This document shows positions 1 to 14,260 of a stretch of 64,000 nt of DNA, piece after piece (the first letter of the stretch is position 1; each line of letters opens with the position of its first letter). A model generated the notes under the pieces. The model was not told where the DNA came from. It made no database searches and saw nothing but the letters and a program-made list of their open reading frames with translations. The translations under genes were made by a program, and so were the position numbers. Location of the stretch: positions 2,688,001 through 2,752,000 of the forward strand of contig CM000154.2 in the NCBI GenBank assembly GCA_000004695.1. Direction: 5' to 3'. The stretch is from Dictyostelium discoideum (lineage: Eukaryota).

Positions 1-871
1 AAAATTAAAATTATTAAAACCATATATTTTTCCATTATTTTAGTTGTTTTTTTTTTGTTCTTTGTTTTGAAAAAAAAAAAAAAAAAAAATCAAATAAATA
101 GTTTTTTTCAATTGCACATGTAATAATTAAATTAATAATAATAATAAAAAATTAAAAATTTATTTTAAAAAAAGTGAAAAAAAGAAAATCTAATATAAAA
201 AAAAAAAAAAAAATTCTCAAGGTAATTGAAGATTTGTTTTTTTTTTTTAAATAATTGTTTCCCCAATAAATATTTAAAATATAAAAGTACTGATTGGTTT
301 ATTTTTTATTTTTTAATTCTTTTTTTTGTTTTTGTTTTTTGTTTTTTATTCCCTTATTGAGTGGTTGAAATAATTCAAGTTATTAATTATTACCTTTTTG
401 GTTTCCCTTTATTAATTTATTTTTTTTTATTTTTTTTAAAATTTTTTTTTTTTTTTTTCACCATTTACACATTTTATTTTATTTTTTTTTTTATTTTTTT
501 TTTTCATAAAATAAAATATGTGAGCAATGAAAAATGTGTGAATTTAAATAATAAATCATTGAGCACTAATTTTGTTTATTAAATAATAAAGGTAAATAAA
601 TATATTGGATTTAATTCTCTTTTATTTTTAATTTAATCAATTATTTTATTCTTTTTTTTTTTATTATAAATTATTTTATTTTCATTATTTTTTTTTATAT
701 TTTATTTTTATCTCTTTTAAATTAATATTAATTAATTATTTCAATTAAACATATAATATTTTTTTTCTATATTTCACTTTATAATATACTTATTATCTTT
801 TTTTTATTTTTATTTTTTTTTTTATTTTTTTTTTTTATTAAACAATACATTTAAACTTATTTTTAAAATTT

Positions 872-3800
872 ATGAAATTAACAAATTCTATTTCTCCAAC
901 TAATTTAGATGGTGAAATAAATAAAAACTCACAGCCATCAAATGATAATCAACAACAACAACAACCCAAAATCAATAAAATTATTAATAAATTTTCAGAA
1001 TCAATTAATTCAGTTTCAAAAACAATTGGTAAAGGTATTGGAGATTTAACATCATCAAATGCATTGGATGAACATATTAAAAATCATAATTCAAATTTTA
1101 TAGATCCATTCTATAATGAGGAGGCAGTTGTTGTTGTAGATGATGAGAATATTCGTAGTCTCATTGGTGATAATTGTAGTAGTATTGGTAATATTGGTGT
1201 AAATGGTATTGAAGCATTCTATGGTGAACATAATAATAAGAAATCTGAATTGATTAAACAATTCTTAAAGATCAATTCAACCAATAATAAATCTAATCAA
1301 ACTATTGTAGTTGATCATATGGATTATAGTGTAATGGAAAGACAATCATCATCATCATCATCATCATCATCACGATCCACTGGTGTTAGTAAATTAATTC
1401 CATTTTTAAAGAGAAAAGAAAAGATTGAAATTTTAAAGGATTTATCATTTTATTTGAAACCAGGTATGATGGTGTTATTATTGAGTGAAGCAGGTTCAGG
1501 TGTTTCAACATTATTCAAATGTTTAACAAATAGAATTCCAAAACGTGGTTCAATCAATGGTGATATTCTATTTGATAATGAACCAATTGATGGAGAGTCA
1601 CATCATTCACAATATCTATTCGTTCAACAATCTGATCATCACATTTCAACATTAACAGTGAAAGAGACATTGGAATTCTCAATTGAATGTCAATCAAATT
1701 TATCAAGAGAAGCAAAGAAACAATTATCATCCAATATTCTATCGATTCTTGGTATTAGTCATGTTGCAGATACTTATATTGGTAATCAATCAATTCGTGG
1801 TATTTCAGGTGGTCAAAAGAAACGTATGACAGTTGCAGTTGAATTGGTTAAGGGTGCAAAGGCAATAATGATAGATCAAGCCACCAATGGGTTAGATTCA
1901 ACATCAGCATTTGAATTGTTAAATTCGATTCAAATGATTTCAAAAGTATCAAATGTACCAGCATTGGTATCATTGTTACAACCATCTCCAGAGATTTTCT
2001 CATTATTCTCACATATATTAATGATGAAAGATGGTGAAATCACATTCTTTGGTGAGAAACATCAAATTTTCGATCATTTCTCTGATTATGGTTTAGAATG
2101 TAAAGATAAACAAAATCCAGCTGAATTTCTCTCTTCAATTTATCATCAAGCTCAATTGGATCCAGATTGTCAATTAAAATCATCAAGTGATTTCATTGTA
2201 GCTTATAAACAATCGCAATATTATAAAGATTGTTTAATTAAGATTAGTCAAGAAAGATTATCAAATCATAAATTTAGTGGTGATAAATCTATAAAAATAA
2301 TTGAAAATGAAAAAGAACAACAACAACAAGAAATTTATCAATTATCATTAATTAAACAAATTCAATTAAATTTAAAGAGAGCATTTTTAACAACAATTAG
2401 AGATAGAGCATCAATTTTATCAAGGGTTATCAAATCATCATTGTTAGGTTTATTAATTGGCACTTTATTTTTCCAATTGGATTCTAGTCAAAAGTCAGCA
2501 AATTTATTACCATCATTATCATTCTTTTTGTTAACATTTGTTGTATTTGGTTCATTGGCTGGTGTTGGTCAAGTATTTTCAGAGAGACCTGTGTTTTATG
2601 ATCAAAAGATTGGAAAATATTATAAGAGTATTGCATACTTTTTCGCAGGTTTAGTATCGGATTTAATTTGGAATTTCATTGATGTTATTATCTTTTGTTC
2701 AATTTCATATTGGTTAATTGGTCTTAATCATTCGGCAGATAGATTCTTCTTTTTCTTATTGGCAATTTATTTATTGGATTGTTTGGTTAATAGAGTCTCA
2801 AAGATGGTTTCAATTTATTCACCAAATGCAGCGATCGCTTCAACTATTGCACCATTGTATTTCAGTTTGTTCCTTTTAATGGCAGGTTATTTAATTCACC
2901 GTAATTCAATACCAATCTATTGGAGATGGATGCATTATATATCACCATTTAAATGGGTTTTTGAAGCAATTCTCTCAAATCAACTTCATGGTCAAACTTT
3001 TACTTGTAAATCTGATGAATTATTACCACCAATTGGTTATCCACTCTTAAATGTTAGTTTTCCTGATGGATATAGTGGTTCACAAGTTTGTCCAATCATT
3101 GATGGTATTGAAATTTTAAAATCAAAAGATATAAACTCTGATTATAGTTATAAATATTATTCAGTTTGGATTATACTTTCAATGTATTTACTCTTTTCAA
3201 TTTTATCAATTATTGGTTTATCAAATATAACATTTGATAATATAATTTCAAATAAAGAAAAGAATAATGGTAATGGTAATAATAATTATAATGGTAAAGA
3301 ATCAATTAATGAAGAATCAATTAAATTATCAATTAAACAACATCAACAAAAACAATTTGAATCAAATGAAAAATGTTATTTAACATTTAAGAATTTAACA
3401 TATAAAGTTTTGATAAAGAAAAAGAATCATCAAAAAGTTTCACGTACATTATTACATGATATTAATGGTTATGTTAAACCTGGTTCAATGGTAGCATTGA
3501 TTGGTAGTAGTGGTGCAGGTAAATCAACACTATTGGATATTTTAGCCAATAGAAAGGATCAAGGTATAATTAGTGGTGAAATTCTATTGAATGGTAAAGC
3601 AAGAGATAAATGTTTCAATCGTTATGTCGCCTATGTAGAACAAGAGGATACTTTACCAGATTTTCAAACTGTAAGAGAGGCAATTACATTTTCAGCTTTA
3701 TTAAGATTACCAAATGATACAATGACTCATCAAGATAAATTAGATACTGTTGATTACATTTTAGATGTTTTAGAATTGAATTCCATTGCAAATACATTAA

Positions 3801-5458
3801 TTGGTAAAGTAGATCATGGTATCACTCAAGAACAAAGAAAAAGAGTAAACATTGCAATTGAAATGGCTTCATTACCAGATATATTATTCCTTGATGAACC
3901 TACAACAGGTCTTACAAGTGTAGCTGCTGAATTAATTATGCAATTAATTAAAAGGGTAGCATTAGATGGTAGATCAGTGATTTGCACAATTCATCAACCA
4001 TCTGAAACTATATTTAAAAAGTTTGATAGTATTTTATTATTAACTCAAGGTGGTTTTGTTGCTTATTTTGGTGAACTTGGTCCAAATTGTAGAACTGTAC
4101 TCAACTATTGTTCAGATTTAGGTTTTAATTGTCCACAAGGTAAAAATCCTGCTGATTTCTTATTGGATTTCTCTGCTTCATTTAATTCCGCAAGTAGATT
4201 AGCTTCAAATGATAAAATGATTCCATCAATTAGATCAAGAATTAAAAATGTTGGTAATTATTGTTTTGATGGAAGTTCAAATTTAAATAATAAAAATGAA
4301 ATTAAACAACAACAAACAACAACTCAAAATGTAAACCTTGGTAATGAAGATAAACAACAACAACAACAAGAAGAAGCTAATGATGACAATAATATTCAAG
4401 AAGCAACTAGTAGTAATAGTAATAATAATAATAATAATGATATTATTGATAATTATCAATTTTCAAATTTAAATAGAGATACAATTGAAATTATTGATAG
4501 TGGTTTACCAATTGGTTTTATTAGTAAAACATTTAAAGAAAAGAATGCAACATCATTTTTATTTCAATTCTTTATGTTATTATTTAGATTCTTTGTTTGT
4601 GCAATTAGAAGAAGAAATTTAATTATGACAAGAATCATTAGATCCATATTGCTATCAGTTGTAACAGGTACATTATATTTACAGTTAAAGAATGATCAAG
4701 ATGGTGTAATGGATAGAATTAGTTTTATTTTCTTTACTTCAACATTTGCTTCAATTTCATGTCTTTCAAATATTCCAACAGTGTTTGAAGATCGTTTTCT
4801 ATTCTATCATGAATTGAACTCCAATACATACCGTCATCTAAGTTACATTTTAGCAATGATTTTAGCCGATTTACCATTCACCATAATGTACTCTTTATTG
4901 TTTAGTGCTCCTATTTATTGGATTGTTGGCCTTCAAAATGATGTTGATAAATTCTTGTTCTTCATATTCGTATATTATCTATATCTTCAAGTGTTGGTAT
5001 CATTTTCACAATTGTTAGGTATGGTTAGTCCAACATTAGCAACTGCCAATGAAATCACAGGTATCTCCTTCTCTGTGTTTAGTTTATTCGCTGGTTTTAT
5101 CATAAAGAAAGATGATATACCTTCCTATTATAAATGGTTAAATTATGTCTCGATCACTCGTTATTTGGTTGAACCATTAACTGTAAATGAAATGACTGGT
5201 AGTGTTTCATTTCATTGTGAACCTCATCAATTGATTCCAGTACCAATTCATTATACTCCTACCAATGCCACTGCCTCAGAACCAACTAAATTGGTCTTTA
5301 AATCATTTTGTCCAATCACTCAAGGTAATCAAGTACTCTATCAATTCGATATTAATGATACCGATAAATTTGAAGATACTTTTGTTTTAATTGGTTTATT
5401 TATTGGTTTTTTATTATTAATTTTAATATTTTCAAAAATTTTAAAATTTAAAAAATAA
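872..5458 (+). CDS. Full-size ABC transporter, G subfamily (PDR-like), topology NBD-TMD-NBD-TMD, 1528 aa, single exon
   Basis: Uninterrupted ORF starting at ATG 872. NBD1 has a Walker A-like [13 protein letters not shown] (Lys replaced by Val), ABC signature [11 protein letters not shown] and Walker B AIMIDQ. TMD1 has about 6 hydrophobic helices. NBD2 has a canonical Walker [15 protein letters not shown], a degenerate signature [15 protein letters not shown] and Walker [15 protein letters not shown]2 follows. Asymmetric degenerate/canonical NBDs are typical of PDR/ABCG full transporters. The sequence does not identify which abcG paralogue this is. Confidence 0.9.
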
Positions 5459-5499
5459 TTTTCTAAAATTAAATTTAATTATTTTAATAATAATTAAAA

Positions 5500-5533
<34 letters not shown>

Positions 5534-6066
5534 GTATTTATTAATCTCTCAATAATAAAATAAAAAAACATTTCAAACATGATGATTATACATTATTATA
5601 TTTTTAAAATTTTATATTAACAAAAATGAGTGAGTTAATTTTAAAATAGTAATAAAATATTTCTTAATCATATTTGGTGAATTGTTTATTATTAAAAAAT
5701 ATCTCTTAAAAGATTTCAATAATAATTTAAAATAAAAAAAATTGGAAAATAATAAATAAATAAAGAATTGAAAAAATATAAAAAAATGATTATTTTAAAT
5801 TATTTTATTTTAATAATTTCTTATCAATATTTATTAATTGATAACCATCTTGATTTTTCAAAAAAAAAAATAAAAAAATAAAAAAAAAAAAAAACATAAA
5901 CAATAAATAAATTAAAATAACAAAAATTTAATATTTAAATAAAAAAAAAGAAAGAAATTAAAATAATTTATTTTTTTATTATTATTATTTTATTTTTATT
6001 ATTTTATTTTTATTTTAGTGTTAGCATTAAATAAATATTAATACAATTGAAGAGTTTTTAAAAATC

Positions 6067-7260
6067 CTATTGTTTTAAAGATAATTCAATGACAGACATT
6101 CTTTTACTATCTGGAAGGATTAAAATTGTATCGATTTTAAATGGTGATTTTTCGAATATAGTTTTCCATTCATTTTGAGATCTCTCTTTACCATTAAAAT
6201 TTACTATCATTTCTAGAAATAATTTTAAAAAAAAAAAAAAAAAAAAATTAATATTTAATTATTATTTTTATAATATATATTAAAAAAATAAATAAAATAA
6301 AATAAAATACATACGTAAATCAAAATAGAATGGAGCATATGGTTGATTTTTTGGTTGAACTATATGATCAAAAACATAAACTTTACCATTTGGTTTAATT
6401 GATTTTGAAATTTTATCCAAAATTGTTAAAACTTTATCATCATTAAACATATGAAAAATAAATTTCAAAGTATAACAATCGGCAGAAGGATAATCAGAAT
6501 CAACAAATAAATCGGAAGCAACTTCAGAATAACGTTTATCAAATTCAGCAGCACCATTTTCATTGTTAACTTTGTTTTGATTAATTACCAATGGTAAATC
6601 GAAATTAATAAAAGATTCAACTAATTGACCTCTTGAACTTTTAGCAATTGATTTTAACAATTCACCAGAAGAACCACCCAAATCAACGATTGATTTATAT
6701 TGATTGAAATCAATATACTCTAAAATTGTTTTAATTTCATCAGAAGTGAAACTAGTCATTGTGTTATGAAAATGGGCGTTCAACGATTTATCTTTTTCAA
6801 AGAGTTCCCATGCACTTGAAAATCCTTGGCTGGTCATACCTTGACTAGTACCGCATTCAATGGTTTTATCTAAATACATAAATGATTGAATTACATTTGG
6901 ATGTGATTGGAGGTACACATTGTTAACCCAGCTATCAGAATTTGAATTTCTAAGTAAATTTGATAATCTTGAATTTCTGAAGACTCCATCCTCCACTTCA
7001 TCTTCAATGAAAATACCAATGGTTGATAATGTTCTTAATAATCTATATAAATTATCACAATTAACTTTTAAAATCTCGGATAATTCTTTACATGATTTTG
7101 ATTTATCTTCCAATAATTGTGGAATTTTATATTTTAATGCACAACTAAGAGCATTTGATTTTGTATACCCAATGGCAACATCAATTAAAAAATTCTTATC
7201 TTGTATTTCTTGCTGTTGTTGTTTAATTAAATTTTCATCACAATCCGAATTTGAAATCAT
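6067..7260 (-). CDS. SAM-dependent O-methyltransferase (class II, COMT-like); 2 exons 7260..6315 and 6212..6067
   Basis: The N-terminal dimerisation region and the SAM-binding motif VDLGGSSGELL are present. The ORF-track protein ends in intron read-through (..FDLR MYFILFYLFF). A GTATGT donor lies at 6314-6309 and an AG acceptor at 6214-6213. The spliced C-terminus reads ..FDLQMIVNFNGKERSQNEWKTIFEKSPFKIDTILILPDSKRMSVIELSLKQ*, matching the conserved OMT C-terminal GKERT..EW..LF..AGF block. Confidence 0.8.
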
Positions 7261-7295
7261 TATTTTTTTTTTTTTTTTTTTAAAAAAAATATTAT

Positions 7296-7344
<49 letters not shown>

Positions 7345-8618
7345 AATAATATATATGTTTGTTGGAAATAATAATAATATAGTAAAAGATAATAATAATT
7401 ATAATTAAATATATTAATATTTTTTTGATTGAATTAAAAATATATTAAAAAAAAAAAAAAAAAATTATTTATAGAATTTAAAAAATTACAAATTGACCAA
7501 TTAAAATTAAAAATGAAAAATGTTTAATGTTTTTTTTTTTTTTATATTTTTACACTTTTTATTTCACCCCCCACTACCATTTTTTTTTTTTTTTTTTTTT
7601 AATAATATTTCATATCTCACACCCCCAAAAAAAACACCAAAAATAATATTTTGCAGACATATTTCATTTTATTTATAATAATCCATTGTAAAAAAAAAAA
7701 AATAAAAAAAAAAAAAAAAAAAAAAAATAATTAAAAAAATAATAAAAAATAAAAATAAAATCACACTAAAACACACATGCACACACTTTGGTACCATCTG
7801 CATTAATTCTTAATTTTAAAATAAATTTATATAATTTTATATGTATTTTTATGTATTTGTATAGAAAATAAAAAAAAAAACAATATAAAAAAAATAAAAA
7901 ACAAAAAAATAAATAAATAAATAATAATTAAATTTTAAAAAAATACTATAAAAAAAATTTTAATGAAATTTTCAACAAACAGATATACTATTATTAACAA
8001 TTCGGTTAATTTAATAGATAAAAACAACACTTTATTTGTTTACAAAATATTATATTTACCTCATATTTATTTAATAATTTAAAGGAGAAGTAATCTCTTT
8101 TGTGTTTATGTAAAAAATTTAGTTTTTAAAAATATTACTTAATATTTTTAAAGCATTACCACCAAAATTTATTTTTAGAAAAAAAAGAAATTGATTTTTT
8201 TTTTTTTTTTTTTTTTTATTTTCATTTTTATTTTTATTTTTTTTTTTTTTATTTTTTTATTTTTTTATTTTTTTTGGATTAATACCCAAACAATAATGAA
8301 GGGGTTTTATTGGTTGTAAATATCTTAAATAATAATGATAATAATAAAAATGATAGTATCATTTTATTATTTTTGTTATTATTATTATTATTATTATTTA
8401 GATATTCAATCAATAATACAAGACTTATTATTTTCTATCTTTATTAGAAATTCATCATCAAAATTTCCGTATTGTTTAATTGGATTTAAAATTGAGATTT
8501 TGATTCAATAATAAAATTAATATGTATTCCATTTTTGGTGAGCACAATTAATACATATTTAAAAGAAAATGTAAAAAAAAAAAATCTGAAATCAGTTGGT
8601 TTGAATTTTCGTGTGATT

Positions 8619-8655
<37 letters not shown>

Positions 8656-8742
8656 GAAAGCAATATCAATATCTTTTAAAATAGGTCATTTTTATAAGAA
8701 ATCCATATTGGGTATTTCCTAAAAAGATAAAATACCAATCAA

Positions 8743-8743
<1 letters not shown>

Positions 8744-8826
<83 letters not shown>
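8744..8826. repeat. (AAT)27 microsatellite in a 2.5-kb divergent intergenic region
   Basis: An uninterrupted aataataat run of about 83 bp lies between the OMT gene start (7260, minus) and the FNIP gene start (9784, plus). Confidence 0.95.
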
Positions 8827-8827
<1 letters not shown>

Positions 8828-8860
8828 GGGGCAATATTATTATTATTTTTCTGAATTATT

Positions 8861-8902
<42 letters not shown>

Positions 8903-9783
8903 TCATCCTCAAAGATATTTTTATTCTCTTTTTTGTTCAAGGTGGTTTCAATAAAAATTAAAAAAAAAAAAAAAAATTAATCTCTCAAGATCAAGATCAC
9001 ATTTTCAGAGAGAGAGAAACTCGGAGTGATAACCAGCTGATTAGTAAAAAATATCTTTTTTTTTTTTTTAAATTATTATAAAAATAAAATTATGATAATT
9101 CGTCAAATTTTGATGAGACAACAATGGGCAAAAAAAAAAAAAAAGAAAAAAAAAAAATAAAATTAAATTTAATTAAAAATAAAAAATAAAAAAACCAATG
9201 AAAATATAAAAAAATTATTTGTGCAGTGTTTGTAAAAAAAAAAAAAAAAAAATTAATTTAATTAAAATTAAATAAATATTAAGACCCATTATTTTTATTA
9301 TTTATTATTTATTATTATTATTATTATAATTAATTTTTATTTTTATTTTTAATTTTAATTTTAATTTTAATTTTAATTAATATTTTTTTTGGAAGGGCCA
9401 AGTTTTTTTTTTTTTTTTATTTTTTTTTTCGAAAATTGTTAACCGTTTATTTTTATAATCAAAAATTTTTTTTTTTTTTTGATATTTGCACAGATCGCAA
9501 ACGTTTTTATAGTAATCATTTGATAAAATAAAAAATAAAATTTTTTTTTAAAAAAAAAAAAACTAAAAATAATTAATTGTTAATTTTAAAAAAAAAAAAA
9601 AAAAAAAAAACGCTTCTCATTGTTTAGATATCTTTAAGATAAAAAAAAATAAAAAAAATAAAAATAATAAAAATAATAATAAAAAAATAAAAATAATAAA
9701 AATAGTAATTAAATAATTTTTTTTTTTTTTTTTTTTCCAATAATAAATCTCAAAATAAAAAATAAAATAAAATAAATTTAAAA

Positions 9784-9926
9784 ATGAAATTATTAAGTTT
9801 TAAAAAGAAACCTTCATTAACAAAAAGTCAAAGTTGTCCAGATAAATTAAAGAATTTAAAAGAACAACAAAAAGATCCAAAGAATGGAGCCAATTATGAT
9901 ACTGCAACAATTAAATCTTATACATT

Positions 9927-9957
<31 letters not shown>

Positions 9958-12087
9958 AGAGAAGATAATAATATGATTAATAATGAAAATGAAGATTTTT
10001 CATTTAATTATTTTGATTATGATGAAGATCAAGAATCAACTTATAGTAGAGAAGAAAGATTATTCTTTTCAATTTGGAGAAATAATAAAATTAAAAGATG
10101 TATTTTCCATCATTTGGAGATATTCAATTTAATGAATAATATTAATGACCCAATTACATTGGACCAATTAAATTTAATTGACTCTGGTAAACTTAGAGAT
10201 TATTGTAAAATTGTAAAGATTGAAAAGAATGAAAAGATTGAATTGCAATGCATGCCAATTCCAAACCATATTGAGAAACTAATATTTTCAAATGAATTTG
10301 ATAAACCAATTAAAGCTGGAACCATTCCTCAATCAGTTGTAGAGATTGAATTTGGTGAGAAATTCAACCAAGTTTTAAAACAGGGTCAACTACCGCCATC
10401 ATTGGAGATTTTGAAATTTGGTAAAAGATTCAACCAAATGGTTACACATTCCACTGGTGAATTGCCAACATCTCTAACTACTCTTATATTCGGTAACAAT
10501 TTCGATCAAATCATTCTAAAGAATTTCATACCACCAAATGTATCAACATTAATATTTGGTTTAAACTTTGATCAACCTTTATCACCTGGTTACATTCCAT
10601 CCAGTGTCACTAAACTTGAATTTCAAGAGAACTTTAATCAACCATTAACCATTGGTACAATTCCAAAAAATGTTAAACATTTGAAAATATTTAGTAAATT
10701 CCCATTAAATCAAGGTGCAATCCCACAAAGTTGTACAACACTATACTATGGTGGTGATTGTAATCAAGGTACAAAGAATATACCAGATTCCGTTAAATCT
10801 TTACATTTCCTTCAATCAATTGATTGTAATAACCTCACTAAAGAAAGATCATTATCAAAATCATCATCATCAATATCATTAGATATTAGTGGTGGTGGTA
10901 GTGGTAGTGGTAGTGGTGTTAATTCAACAACAACAAGTGAAAAAATAACTTTTTTACAACCTGAATCAATTTGTAAATCAGTTACAAATTTAACAATTGA
11001 ATTAAATCAAGGACCACCAAATAAGAAATATTTACCAATGAATTCAGTTACTCAATTGTCACTTGGTATTAATGAATTTAAAAAACCATTGAAATCAAGT
11101 TATATTCCAAATTGTTGTACTTCATTATTATTAAATATTGGTCCAGATTATAAATTTCAACAATTATTATCAAAATCAATACCATCATCAGTTACAGCTT
11201 TACAATTTGGTCCAAATTTTAATTTAACTATTATGCCAAATTCTTTACCAATTCATTTAAGATCAATTGATTTCGGTGATGGTTTTAATCAACAACTCTT
11301 ACAAAATTCTTTACCAACTTTAATTGATTCAATTAAATTTGGTAATTCTTATAATCAACCAATTTCAAATAATGTTTTATCAAATTCAAATTATTTAACA
11401 TCAATTGAATTTGGTAAATCATTTGACCAACCTTTAATCATTGGTAATGGTATTGGTAATTTAAATAATAATAATATAAATAATAATGTTACAAATTCAA
11501 ATTTACCAATAACATTAAATAAATTAAAATTTTCAAAAGATTCAAATTTTAAAAGTTTATTAAAAATTGAATCAGATTCAATGATTGAAGAGATTGAATT
11601 TGGTGATCAATATAATGAAGAATTTAATAATCAATGTTCTTTAGGTTGTACTCATTTACTTTCAATTAAATTTGGTGAAAATTTTAATCAACCAATTAAT
11701 AATTTACCAATTTCAATTAAAAAATTAATTTTTGGAAATTCATTTAATCAATCAATCAAAAATTTACCTGAAAATTTAACATCTTTATCTTTAGGTACCT
11801 CTTTTTCTCAAAATTTAATTAATTTACCAAATTCATTAATTGAATTAAAAATGTTTAATAAGGATTTTTTAAATAATTTAAATTTTAGTAATAATAATAA
11901 TGAAAATAATAATGAAAATAATAATGAAAATAATAATGAAAATAATAATGAAAATAATAATGAAAATAATAATAATACCAATAGTTTCAATGATTTTATA
12001 AAAAATACAACAATTAAGAGAATTAAAGTACCTTGTTTAATTACAACACTAAATTTTATTGTTGAAAAGAATAAATCTAAAAAGTAG
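9784..12087 (+). CDS. FNIP-repeat protein (767 aa), single exon
   Basis: More than 15 tandem ~22-aa repeats carry the motif (I/L)xFGxxFNQ(P/x)(I/L)..(L/I)P.S(L/V), for example IEFGEKFNQVL, LKFGKRFNQMV, LIFGNNFDQII, LQFGPNFNLTI, IEFGKSFDQPL, IKFGENFNQPI. This is the FNIP repeat family that is expanded in Dictyostelium. The N-terminus has polyQ and the C-terminus has an (NENNNE)6 tandem repeat. Confidence 0.8.
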
Positions 12088-12508
12088 TTAAAAAAAAATA
12101 AAAAATAAAAAAATAAAAAAAAAAATAAAACAAGATAAAATTTAAAAATAAAATAAAATTCTTGGACCCAAACTAAATTGTTTTATTTTTTATTTTTTTT
12201 TTTTTTTTTTTAGGTTGGGGTTCTGGAAAAATAAAATGAAAATAAATTATTATTTTTTTTTTTTTTTTTTTTTTTTTAAGTTGTTCGTTGTTAAAATTTT
12301 ATTGTTTTGTAGTTGCTAATAATAATTATACAAATTTGGTGAAGTATAATTTACTGTTAAATAAATCTTATTTCGAGAAATGGAGTAAAAAAAAAGAAGG
12401 TTTTTTTTTTTTTTTTTTTTTTTTAAAAGGGTTAGCCTTAAAGAAATCTCTTTCAAATCCTTTCCATTTATAAATTTTTATTTATTTTATTTTATTTTAT
12501 ATTTTTTT

Positions 12509-12555
<47 letters not shown>

Positions 12556-12643
12556 GGCAGTCACCAAGAAAACAAAGAAAAAAAAAGATACCAACTGACC
12601 AACGCAGCACAAAATTACTTTTGGTGCGGAAATTTTTATATCA

Positions 12644-12680
<37 letters not shown>

Positions 12681-12735
12681 TTTTTTTTTTGTTTCAATTT
12701 AAAATTCTTTTCTCAAAATAAACAGACAGAGAGAA

Positions 12736-13855
12736 ATGAATAATAATATTAAATATGTATTTTTAATAATTGTAACATTGGTATTTATTAATAATGTCTA
12801 TTCAGAATCAACAAAAATTGGAGTTTTAAATAAAGATGATTGTAAAAATTAATTTTTCACCACTTATAAAAGAAAATAAAAAAAATAAAATTGTGTTACG
12901 GAGTAGAAATTAACTTTTATTTTTTTTTTTTTTGTTGGTGAAATAAAAAAAATTAAAAAATAAAAACTATATAGATGATTATATAGATAAATTAGTTAAA
13001 GATTTATTCAAGGAAAACCCTTTTCCAATTTTAAATGTAGATAAAGATAAAACCTATTATGACTACTGTTCAAAACCATTATTTAAATGTAATAGTGAAA
13101 CTGGTCATTTATCAGGAATGTAAGAGTAATTAAATTATTATTATTATTATTATTATTAATATAGGATACTAATTTCATTCTTCAAATGGGAAAAATTAGG
13201 CATTTAACATATGACGCAGATTTGTGCAAGATCAAATCATTGAAAAATGAAATCTCAAAATACGATTTTACTATCATGGATAGTATTGAACTTTCATTAT
13301 TTCCATTTGGTTCTCCAAAAATTTTAAGCAAACTCAATGCTCGTACAGTGTAGGTATTTAATTTAATTTATTTTATTTTATTTTGTTTTGCTTTATTAAC
13401 TTTTATTAATAACCACCAATTTTTTTTTTTTATTTATAGGAAAATATCACGATGTCATATTGATTCGCTTTTAATTGAACCAAACCCAAATACAAGAGAT
13501 TTGTAAGTATAAATTCTTTAAATTTAGCGATTGATTAATTAATACTAATGAATTATTTTTTTTTTTTTTTTTTTATTTTTTTTTTTTTTTTTTTCTTTCA
13601 AATTATTCAGATTTGTTGACTCAAATGACAATGTTAAAGTAGTGATGAAAACTATGGGAATGATTGAAAATTTGTGAGTATAGTTAGCTTTTTGATATTA
13701 TGCTGAAAAAAAATTTCTTTATCTAACAAAAAAAAAAAAAAAAAATTATAGCACTCTCACAAGTTCATTTGTAAGAAATTCATCAAAAACCATTACATTT
13801 GAAGTAAATGAAGACGAAGATGAATTTAATTTTAAAAATTGGTATGTTCACTAAA

Positions 13856-13946
<91 letters not shown>

Positions 13947-14227
13947 TTTTCATTCTTTTTGCAATAATTATTAATATCCACCCATTTTCTTTTATTCTTT
14001 TTTTCAAAATAAATACCAACAATAGGGACGTTTATTCAACAAATGTTCCTCTTTTCAAATATTTTCATTTTGATACATTGTAAAGTATAATAAAACCTTT
14101 TTTTTTTTTTTATTTTTAAAAAAACTAACTTTTAATTTCTCTATAGAAAACTTACAATTTTATCAAATGAAGGTCTTGACAAAACTAATAAATTTGAAGA
14201 CTATACTGAGATTACAAATTTGTAAGT

Positions 14228-14260
<33 letters not shown>

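Noticed and set aside
361-582. 73-aa ORF rich in Phe/Leu/Lys
   Set aside because: It is a translation of poly(T)-rich intergenic DNA upstream of the ABCG gene with no coding composition. The same applies to 12288..12473, 14212..14415, 14827..15012, 20255..20437, 25797..26006, 26319..26567, 34385..34702, 52410..52643, 60136..60318 and 63076..63270.
6920-7408. 162-aa plus-strand ORF
   Set aside because: It is antisense to the well-supported O-methyltransferase exon 1 and its tail is translated poly(T)/poly(A).
12160-12240. Near-palindrome GACCCAAACTAAA..(T)n..TTAGGTTGGGGTT downstream of the FNIP gene as a possible terminator hairpin
   Set aside because: It is an imperfect short inverted repeat in AT-rich DNA. 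It cannot be distinguished from chance without transcript 3'-end data.
13752-13841. Treating the coding-like 90-nt segment as a constitutive exon of the LRR gene
   Set aside because: Its donor phase (ends TG) would create TGA with the next exon (starts A). Exon 5 joins exon 7 cleanly (TT+A=Leu).
13808-14083. 91-aa polyN ORF
   Set aside because: It is translation of an intronic (AAT)29 microsatellite. It lies between LRR-gene exons and is not joined in a consistent phase.
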